Assembly (NCBI GenBank): GCA_964199315.1
Contig: OZ116706.1
Coordinates: 5,642,001-5,706,000 of the forward strand
Length of the DNA stretch: 64,000 nt
Direction: 5' to 3'
From: Orbicella franksi
Lineage: Eukaryota
Below are positions 52,201-61,800 of the stretch, piece after piece (the stretch's first letter is position 1; the number at the start of each line of letters is the position of its first letter). The notes below the pieces were generated by a model. It did no database searches. It was not told the DNA's origin and saw nothing but the letters and a program-made list of their open reading frames with translations. The position numbers were made by a program, and so were the translations under genes.

Positions 52201-54626
52201 ACTAAGTTTTGATTCACCTACAGGTAGCCTTCATCTTCACACCCATTACAAATTTGTTACTTTATGGGTGAATCGCATCAACTACAGCCAATTTCAAGCA
52301 TACTCAGCTGTAACAGGTGCAACAGGTCAACAGGTCACAGCCCTTATTGAGAGCCCTGATCCAGGGGGGGGGGAGCTACTCCCTTATATGGGCTATATGT
52401 GCGGCCCCAAAGGGTATGGTTTTTCAGCCGTTTGGTCATAAATAGGGTATCAATTTTAGCCATTTTGATCATTAAAAGGGTCTGGTTTTTGCACTCTAGT
52501 CTTGAATTGGGCATGTTTTCTTAGAAGAAGCTACTTTTTCATCATTATCAATAAGACTGATCAACAAACGCCCTTCACGATACCTTTAACGTCGGTCTGA
52601 ACAAGCAAACTAAGTATAAGGCAGGTCTGAAACAGGGTATTGATTTTGGATCAGGTCATACAAAGTCATAGGATATTGAAAATCCCTGATTTTGGTAATA
52701 AATAGGGTAAGGGTTTTGGGAAGCTAGCCACACACCCCAACCAAATATTTCTTGGAGTATTACCCCCCCTGCCCCCTCCTGGCTCCTGATCTTTGTATGC
52801 AACATGTCATAGAATTTAGAAACAACATATGTACTAAATTCCTGTGAAAATTGTTACCTCAGACAGCAAAAGTTGTAGTCTGTTTTTACACAATGCAAGA
52901 AGTGCAACCTAGCTATGTAACTTTCCCATGCAAAATGACTGTATGTGTTGGTCAAAGTCAACCCTGATCTTAAGGGAGTCAATTGTCTAATTACTTGGAC
53001 TGTGCAAATCTTGCAGGATTGCTGTTTAGAGGGGGACATTGGGGTTTGCAGCATTGCGGTATTGGACAATTTTTCCAGTGGTATTTCGGTAATTTGACTC
53101 TCAAAATGTGGTATCGCAGTATTCTCCGAACCTGTGGGATGTGGTTTTTCAGCATTTTGGATGGTATTAAAAATTACATTGTATCCTCCTAGTCCTCCGA
53201 CATTTTCTGAGCCTTTTCCAGTTTCCAATTGGACATTCCCAATGAAACTTAGCTCTCATGGTAATGGTAAACTGCAAATCGTAAAAGGTTATGTTACTTT
53301 TTGTTAATTATTAGCTACCCAGCCAATGGATGTTACTTATTTTGTCTAAATCAAAAATTACCTGACCTAACGTTCATTATCAAATTCTCAATTGTTATTT
53401 CCATTTTATTTGCCCTAAACTTTAACATGAAGAGTAGTGGTTTCGGTATGACCTCGCATTTCCACTCGGTATTGAAGTATTGTGGTATTCCGCGATTTTT
53501 TTTTTTTTTTTTTTGCGGTATTGCGGTAATGTCCCCCTCCTGTTTGGGCTGATTTTCACACCACACATATTACATCAACAAGTGTTATGGAAACAGAGAA
53601 AATCTGTCTAATCCAGCTGGAAAATGTAAAAAATCTAAAACACTTCAAGAAATTTAAATCAAATTATTGTATTTTCACGCAAGAATTGAGAAACAGCAAG
53701 GCCAGAGAGCGTGCTGTCTATTATATATTAAGAAACTACAGTGTAGTCATGTCAATTTAAAAAAAAAAAGCAATCAAAAATTTTGCAAGGTTTTACTTAA
53801 AAGAAATTTGATAAGAATTGCGCAAATTAAAATGCATCAAAATTCTAAATATTGTCAATTGACTATCATAAAATTGTGATTAGAGATACCTAACCCGATA
53901 ATGTTTACAATTATAGCTTAAGCACATCGAACAGATCGAAAAAGGGATCCCTACTGACCCTACAAATGTCAAAGTTAATTTCTTGTGGGTTTTTTCTGGA
54001 ATATTCTACCGAGTTGACACAGTTAAGCTTATGTCGCTGAAATATATTAAGCACAAGCTTTAAGTTTAAGTTCAAAGTTTGCGCACTAAAAGATATTGTC
54101 CCCAATTTTGCGAATTTACATCAAAATAGATCTTATAAGCTTAACATCAAAACGCTGCTAACATTTGTTCCGGTAGAATGGAGAGTGCCGTAGTTCTAGC
54201 AGTGGGTGGTAAGGAGCGACGTTGTTTACTGAGGGAAAAAGGAATTTTGAGAAACCACTCCAGCAGTTCTTACAGATTCTCCGAGCAAAATAAACAAAAT
54301 ACAGTGAGAATTCCAATTCCCTTAATTAAAGGCGACAGTGCAAATAAGAGAGACAGCAGTCGTGAACCACGCTTACTAGAAATATTACCACCAGAAAGAC
54401 GTTGGAATACTGCTAGATTAAGGAGCAAAGAGTTCAACCATTGTTCAATATCGTTCCACTAGTTATCGCTATAGTGACCGCGAGGTCATTTACGTACCTC
54501 GTAAACGTAAACGGCGAGCGTCGCACAGTAAGCAAAACGGTCCCCATTGCTGCTTGCTGCGCACACATCGAGGTTCCAAGGCTGACAACCAGCTGCTAAA
54601 AGACTAACCTGTCTCATAAGACTCAT
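34267..54626 (-). CDS. WDR17: WD repeat-containing protein 17 (30 coding exons, 1288 aa)
   Basis: Exons: 54626-54498, 51343-50671, 50006-49705, 49177-49064, 48601-48547, 48089-47998, 47126-47044, 46504-46418, 46080-45992, 45662-45587, 45215-45188, 44680-44556, 44429-44380, 43950-43798, 43119-42989, 42886-42761, 42231-42076, 40916-40852, 40720-40645, 39816-39644, 39198-39099, 38791-38655, 38291-38180, 38098-37957, 37419-37317, 36525-36424, 36034-35939, 35685-35624, 35273-35167, 34389-34267. All are GT-AG and phase-consistent, summing to 3867 nt. Starts MSLMRQVSLLAAGCQPWNLDVCAASSNGDRFAYCATLAVYVYE and ends SLNNALMWAKVNPFSLVGNGVRLEPFY*, matching the WDR17 termini as I recall them. Confidence 0.95.
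37557..37778. mobile_element. AATAGAC-type MITE
   Basis: Imperfect TIR aatagcctatattacagttc / gaactgtaaagtagtctatt. Confidence 0.45.
38395..38560. repeat. Degenerate ~28-bp minisatellite (CAAGCGCGGGAAAACATG core)
   Basis: About six tandem units; related units occur reversed at ~33675-33725 and ~41668-41690. Confidence 0.7.
40189..40507. mobile_element. Non-autonomous element with CCC(G)GG/GACTCCCATAT TIRs
   Basis: ccctaggagagactcccatataa ... ttatatgcgagtccccccggg. Confidence 0.6.
41837..42013 (-). mobile_element. tRNA-derived SINE
   Basis: Minus strand has A-box-like cgtggcctcgtgtttagagcgctg and B-box gagttcaaatcc, followed by a non-tRNA body. Confidence 0.75.
44041..44324 (+). mobile_element. 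tRNA-derived SINE with conserved central domain
   Basis: Decayed tRNA head (tggttagtgcg...gagctcgagcc), central gggcaagacacttaactctcacagtgcctctctcc...ataaatgggtacc, 3' tail ending gcagactttacc. Confidence 0.75.
44745..45035. mobile_element. Palindromic TATACCATG-type MITE
   Basis: ttataccatgccacagaaaatacag (~44890) is the reverse complement of ctgtattttctatggcatggtataa (~45012-45035); further partial copies lie to the left. Confidence 0.5.
49290..49645 (+). mobile_element. Penelope-like element LTR fragment
   Basis: ACCAA-rich 5' part, then a hammerhead motif and the tail agtcaccaacaacagttcttttcacaactaccctcacccggacgatcacac...aaaccatttact; left boundary approximate. Confidence 0.7.
49512..49556 (+). 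ncRNA. Minimal type-I hammerhead ribozyme motif
   Basis: Stem I TGACT/AGTCA (5 bp perfect), CTGAAGA 49517-49523, stem II GAC-TT-CC(GCTCA)GG-TT-GTC, GAAAC, GTC triplet 49549-49551. Stem III has no loop, as in dimer-type motifs. Confidence 0.65.
50372..50655. mobile_element. CCAATCA-rich MITE (TAGAGCGGTTTTCA-type ends)
   Basis: tagtagttttcaactgagtg ... cactcatgttaaaactgctcta inverted ends; a related reversed fragment lies at ~33590-33835. Confidence 0.6.
52191..52358. mobile_element. hAT-like MITE
   Basis: 11-bp TIR cagggctctca / tgagagccctg. Confidence 0.55.
52361..52782. mobile_element. Non-autonomous element with CCAGG/G-tract TIRs
   Basis: ccagggggggggg-agctactcc ... ggagtattaccccccctgccccctcctgg. 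Confidence 0.55.
53029..53539. mobile_element. TIR element with GCGGTATT repeats
   Basis: 12-bp TIR gagggggacatt / aatgtccccctc; ctgttt(a/g) on both flanks. Confidence 0.6.
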
Positions 54627-57600
54627 GATCCCGGGAAAAATTTAGCCGATTTTCAACAGAATGCTCTCTTCGACGCTTTTTTCCGCCATGTTTCCTTAAT
54701 TGGTCTTACCCAGCCTTCCATGATCAACAATCACACGCGGCCAAACATGGGTTCTGCTTCCCTGCACTTTCACCGCAATGGGAACGGACTTGACCGAAAC
54801 CCCGCAAGGCTTCCACCGCACATATTCATTCAAGCGAGCGTGTAAATTTTGACACTGAAAAAAATATCTACTCCTAGGATAAACAGCAATTAAAGCGCTC
54901 AAATTGATTCAGCTGCCTGTCTAAAACCTGTAAACGCAGAGTGGTCGAATAATTCTTATGTAGATGTAAAAAATAAAAATAGACTCGAATATAAAAGAGC
55001 TTTTAGTCAGAAAAACTAATTTCTTGATTAATTGACATGCACTATGGTCAGAGAGGAAAAAATAGCCCTGAAAATGCAGAGTTCTTTGTAACTTATTTCC
55101 GATTTATTCCAATATTAACTTTGAGAAGACAGTGTGATTTTGGCCATTAAATTTGTGTGCAATATTTTATTGAAAATGCGGACGCAAAAATTATAGATTA
55201 TACTCATCGATGTTGACATGTTTCATAACTTTTATTAGCATGCCTTCCGTCGTTTCCAACTTATAGCTTGTGATTAAACAGCAGTTTCCAACTCGGTACT
55301 CAATGGTGTTTAATTTGCAGAATTAATTTTGTTGAGAGAAACTTCGCAAAAAACAGTTCCCTGCGTGTAGCTTCTTTCAGTTCCACTTGCATAATCGATG
55401 AAATAAACAAGAGCAATTCCCTAGTAAGCATTATGGTAATCTGCAAAGCGACATCTTTATGTATGGATCAATTGACTGAAAATTTGTGAGGAAAATTGAA
55501 AAATGGATTTCATAAACTATGTATAAGCCGAAAGGCACAAGTAGCAATGCTTGTTTACTGGATCTGTCGCCACAACGCAGGTTAGAAATCTATGTCAAAG
55601 CTGAAAGTTCAAAGCTAATCGTTTTACCAGTCAATTTTAAAGTTTATATTTTAATTCAGTAACTGAATGCACTCTGTTTTCGATTAATAATCGCTCATGT
55701 TGGCAGTTATGTTGCACTTCTGGAAGTTTCTCCTAGTCGCAGACATACTCCAGCACGCGAAAGAGTTGCTATCGGGCGGAGTGTGCGACACTAGCAATTA
55801 AGGCTAAATATTGGCTCGAGAGATCGATGTGGGAGGAAAAAAAGTTGACAAATGAGTAAACCATTTTTCAACCCACGTTCTTTTGATGTTCTTTAGCTTT
55901 CTTTGTTGTCCTTGACGGTTTTCGTGCGACAAAAAATAAATTAATAGCACTTACGCCGCGAAAATGCTATTGAAAATTATTCGCGACGCTTGACACTATA
56001 GCAAGATAGTTGTTTTAGTGAATTGATTGAAACAGACAGAGTTAGTTAAACATGAATAAATACGGTGAAGGGCTTTCGGGAGAGGAAAGAAGAATTTTAG
56101 AGCCTGCCTTCCTGAGAAAATTCACTTTGTTTTGAAAACGTTTGCACCATATAACAGCGGAACAAAAAATTATAACAGAACTTAATGCACATTCGTCGGG
56201 GAAAAGTGCAAGGGACTGTCAAGAGTTTATTTTGTGTTACAAAACGAGATGCAAATATTGACAAAAGTTGTCAGTGGATTCGATATACGCGCGTTGCACG
56301 TCAAAGAGGACATTGAAAATTCAGACGATATATGAGCAACATAAATAATCAGTTGGGAAAGCTTATAACTGAATGTTAGGACAGTAATGTAAATAGTTAT
56401 ATTCTGCGATTTAATAAATCCCGCCAGAAGTCTTTAAGATTTATTATAGACCACGGAAACGCCATACTTCACAATGTGCAGACTTTTAAATTTGGCCTAA
56501 GCCTTTTACACAAATATCACATAAAATCGCCTATTTAATTATCTCTCCGGAAATTCTCAAACAATTTTCTAAATATCAGAAACAGTTTTCTAAATATCTG
56601 GAAAAATCCCCTAAATATCCAAAAGTTTTTGTTTGTTTTAAAAATTAATCGATTTTGAATCACTTAGGCCAAAATTTTCTAAATTTTCTTGCAGTAGTAG
56701 GAGTTCAGGAAGAAGTTTCAGGCGCTCCGATGTTACCAGTATCCGCCAGTTTCCAAAATTGCTACTTTAGCGCGTTCAGTGACATACATTTTCCAAGTGG
56801 AAAATCGCTGAACTAAATTGTTCAGTCTAGCATAGAATTGAGTAATGCTTCAAGAAAACGGCGAAGAAAACACAGGGCCAAAAAAAGCTGTGAATAATCC
56901 TCAAAACACCATTTTTTTCTAAATATCTCGAAAACTTCTAAATATCCCCAAAAATATCCGGATATTTGCGAAAAGGTCTACTCTGGCCGAATCAACTTAT
57001 ATAAGGCATTAAAATTAGGAACTTCATGTTTTTGCTGTCCTCGCAGAAAACTGAATATCGCACGGCTAAAACATATCAAATCACGCTCCATTTTGTGCTA
57101 AATGACGATTCACCTGGTCAGCGGTTTATGGTGTCGATTCCTTCATTCCTTCATACTCAGGAAATGAGGTAATACCTGAGAATTAGTTATGCGCGAAGGA
57201 AAGGAGACGAAAAAATATTGAAAATTTCAAGTTGCCCTAACAAAGGTAAGTTAAATAATTTTAAGAGATATTTTCTACTGGGTCTGAATTTGATTCTTGC
57301 GAAACATTCGTCAGGTTATTTCGCTTGCTTCGTCGCTGAGAGATCGAGATAACTGGAAAACATTGGGGGCAGTTTCGACGGAATCAAATTAATATTGCCA
57401 TTTATCCTTACGTTCTACCGGAGTGTTTCACCCTTTTGCTGTAAGATCTGCAATATGGTAAAGACGTAATTGGATGCTTAAACTTCAGTCTCAAAGTCTC
57501 AAAGAATTGTCGATATTTTGTTGTTAAGTTCTCGACACTTGGACATGGCCTGCACAAGGGAAATATAACTCGTTTACTTTGGGTCATTTTACGTTTTTAC

Positions 57601-58825
57601 CAGTGTGCTTTTTTAAAAACAAAAATCGCTCTACACCTCTGTTGTCGACAGATATACGGTATTTCCCCCATAGTAGAATATTTCTAATTGAAGTACTTTT
57701 GATTTACTTAGCCGCCTGGAGAATATTTAAAATCTACTTGTGTGCGAAAGTATCAACAACCTGCCGTTGAAACAAACGGGTGCCCAGTGATCGCGACAGA
57801 ATAAATATAGAAATAAACAGAACAATCACGGACTCGCAGAGCGTAACACTCTCGAAACATACAATATGAAGTCTTTGAAGACCTCAGGCGAGGCTTTCTA
57901 TCTTAAGTTGTAGTCTGAAATGTACGTCAGGCAGATAACAGGAATGAAGTTGTGAAAAAGCAACGGAAAAAGCGAGAAACATTTCTTGCTTACTGTTTGT
58001 CAGTCTTTGCACACGTTTTTGCCAGAAAGCTCTCTCTCGCAGGCAACAATCCAAAATGTTTAACAGAAGCATACACCAGTAAATGTTGAGTTTAGCACAT
58101 GTCAATCAAGGAAGGCTAAATGCGCTTCCCGGGTTTAATCTCCCTCGGCCGGTAGATTTCATCACTTGGCATAATAATTAAATAGAGCCACACGAGCTAA
58201 CTAGTTAGCAAAATGTCAGAAATCAAATATGAACATCTTAAATTTGATCTTGCGACCGGTACTGTATCTTCGCAAATAATTACTCAGCTTCGCAGGCCAT
58301 TAAAAGAACTATTTTCCTCACGTGACAGAGGTGAGAGGTGGGTTGAAGGGAAAGGGGTGGGAAGAAGCCCGGGCTCCGATCCGGCCGCCATATGGTCAGC
58401 GGAATGACACGGATGCAAGTCGGAAATCATACAACGAACCGTTAAAATTTCTAGATTCTACCTCTACGGGTGTGGTTCAGGTTTGCCGGCAGGAAGAGTT
58501 ATACCAAGAAGATTCCAACGAACACCTATTTGTACAGAATTCTAACGGATTCTTTGTATTTCTAGTGGATTGTGAGCCCCTTAACTAAATAAATGCCATG
58601 TCTTAGCAACTGTAACTATAACAAAGTGGGATTTTATGCTACACATCTTAAGTGGTAGCCAAACAACATCCTTAACCTCCTAAAGATACAACGAGCATCG
58701 CTGTCAGTTCTATATAGCCAGGGCGATCACGCCAGTAAACAATGCGCACTACGTTTTTCCATTTGTGGTTTTATTTGTTAGTTTTCCTCCCTTATTAGGA
58801 AACGAATCCCTGGATGAGGTGAAGG

Positions 58826-61800
58826 ATGAGGGCATTTGTAGTTTTACTCTTGGCTGGATATGCTATGTTATGCCAGTCAGGTAAGCACAGTTTCAATTCG
58901 TTTATTTGGAGATCTATTTTACAATCAGGTTACTTGTCCTCGTTTTCTATGAGCGAATAGTCAAAGAGACGTAGCCGGAGTTGACAATTTGCTCACAGAA
59001 AACGAGGGCAAGTAGTCTAATTGTTTTGGTAGACACTCTAAAGATTAGAACACAAAGCCGACAATTTTGTGAATTTTTAACCTATAAGTTAGAATACTTT
59101 TCAGTTTCAAGAGCAGTCAAGGCGAGCGCGATCTTTGTCTATCACCGAATAGAAAACAACGAGGGAACCAATCAGATTCGCGTATTTCCAACAGAAGAAA
59201 GCTGAGAGCCCACTACTGATTTGTTATAATGATTATGTGGATGAAAGGTTGTAACTTTGTCCCATGACTGGTTTATGCATATGCACGCGCGGCATTTATA
59301 CCACGGGTCCTCGCCTCCGCGCACAAAAATTTGCACGCCACTTTTAACATTAAACATTGTCCGAGGCCAGAATTGTCGTAGGGTTTAAAGAATTTAGTAA
59401 TTTCGCTTGAATTGTTGATTAAGTAATTAAGGAGGTTGTAGATTTAATTTACAGGAAACAATTCAGAGACTTGTCAAAACCATTATCTCGCAGCAAATGT
59501 GCAACGTCTCAAACTGCTCTAACTTACTTGTTTGCTTTTTTTTATTTCCATGCAGGATCCATAAAGAGAATTAAAAGAGGTAAGAATTACCGTATGTGAA
59601 AGTGTGTAGTATTAAGGATGGCATTCGGGTCACGTTGCTCACACGAACTGTTTCGGTAAAGGAGGCGACTTTGAGAATAGGTTTTTCCATCCCCGAATAA
59701 GATGCTAGTTCAGCATTCTGCAAGGTCGCCGTAACGGCTCACTAGTATCTATTAATACTCCTGGTGGGGGAAAGACACTGTAAGAAAAGAGCGTCTTGTC
59801 CAAGCCGAATATACAAAGATGATCTCTGCAAGGGCTTGAACTCAGGTGATTAACCTACTATATAAGTCCAAGAAGCGTAGAATAAGCTTTCCTTCTCCTA
59901 ATGAGACATCGTTGCAGTCCACTGACAACTAAGGCTCAAGTCCTCGGAAACACGCACATCTACCCTGATCATAGCAAGAGCTTCACCGGATCACCCACGA
60001 CAACTTATTGTTATAGTAATACCGTTTGTTGCTTAGCAACGCGACTGGTTTTATAACTCTAGAAGTTCTTTTCTCCCACAGGATACCTCTCGAGGACTGG
60101 TTTGTGTGTTAAGCCTGAGGCCAACTTTAAAATAAAAGACCCTCGGCTGAATTTTTGGGGCGTGGCATATGTGCTGCCAGATGACGCTAACCCCAAATGT
60201 ACTGAGTCTGAGTGTTCGGAAGACAGTCACTGTGACGCTGACCGGAAGTGCTGTAGGAACTACTGTGGAGGCATGGTGTGCACACCTACAAGTAAGCACT
60301 ATTCTTCTCGGCCACTTCCGAGTTGCCTTTTGCCTGGGTGTCAAAACGAGTCTTCATGCCAAACCATTCATATGAAAATGCGTTCCGCCTACTGGTTCAT
60401 TTTCATGCAAATCACACTCATTTTCATATAAAAGGTTCGTTTTGAAACAGAGACACAAGGTAACTCGGAAATGGCCTATTTACGAAGAACGCTACAGGGC
60501 AAGGTTGACGCCTTCCGTTAATGAGAGTTTCCCACTTAGGAGTGAAATGCTTTCGCTTAAATTGTTAAAGAGCTCAGTCACGGTATTTTGAATTATTTTG
60601 GCCACGTACAAAATTACCTTTAAATGGTAGGAAATCTGAAAATAACAGTTTAATAAGATAGAAAAACACCAAAGACTTAATGATAAACCATAAAGGAACA
60701 AGGATGGCTAAGGATGGAGAAGATTAACACGGATTACAAACGACGAATTTGAAAAATTGAGGCTAAACTTTTCAATATGCGGAAACCGTGACTGAGCTCC
60801 TTTAATAAAGGAATTGAAAGTTAGTTTAAAGCCTCAGGATTCAGCGTAAGGGATCGGCCGCAGGGCTCACTTGCATGCAGGGCTAAGGTTTATCTACGAT
60901 AAAGGGGCAAGGAGTGAAGATATACCTTCCCTGGACAGAAAGCTTATCCATTGCAGGCAAGAGACCATGATCTTGTCGCAGGTTATTCTCTAGCTTTTTC
61001 CTTTTTACCTTGTCACAACAATTTTGATGTCACCAACAATGATTCTAAACTTTCATGTTGTGTGGTGAGATGGCCCTTTTAAAAATCTTAACCTTGTATC
61101 TCTTCTTTTCTTTCAGTGCGAGATCCAGACCCGTGCAAGGTATGTTAAGTTAAGCTACGTGCCAAGGATATTATTTGAAAGCGATTTCTATTAAAACCCG
61201 ATTTTTTGCAATAAGCGATTTCCGAGTTACTTTTTACCTCTGTTCAAAACGAGTCCTGGTGCACAACCTTTCATTATCTTTCATATGGAAATGAGTTTGA
61301 TTTGCAAGACAATGAACATGCTAGAAAAACTAGCTTTAATATGAAAGCTTGTGAACGGAGACTCGTTTTGAAACAGAGGTAAGAGCAACTTGGAAATGGC
61401 TTATTGATTGAGACGCTGCAAATTTACAACCACCTGCATCTCATTATCTGATATATCTGCATTCCGTTCCTTTAAAAGGCTGTCTGATTGTTTCTCCATA
61501 AGTTCCTGTATTTCAGTTCGCGGTTGACAATCCAAAACTCCCGAGTTTCAATTGACAAAATTTCCCCGAGAAAACCACAACAAAACAACAACACAACAAA
61601 TTTTCCATGGCGCAAGCGCTCTTCCGCAAAATCCGGGAACTTTTATTTGCAACTCTAAATTTCAATATGTCAATCAATCCTCGCGTGTGACTTATGTCAA
61701 TCAATCAATGTGTAAATCAATCCTCGCGTGTGACTTCCGGTGAAAGTAATTCCCGGTTCGCTCTCACAAAAACTATTTTCTAAGAAATGGGGAAGACAAA

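Noticed and set aside
54705-54860. CTTACC...CCATGATCA resembling the 5' end of U1 snRNA, with a later AATTTTGA resembling an Sm site
   Set aside because: The rest lacks the U1 stem-loops and the loop II sequence; CTTACC is equally a minus-strand splice donor in the WDR17 promoter region.
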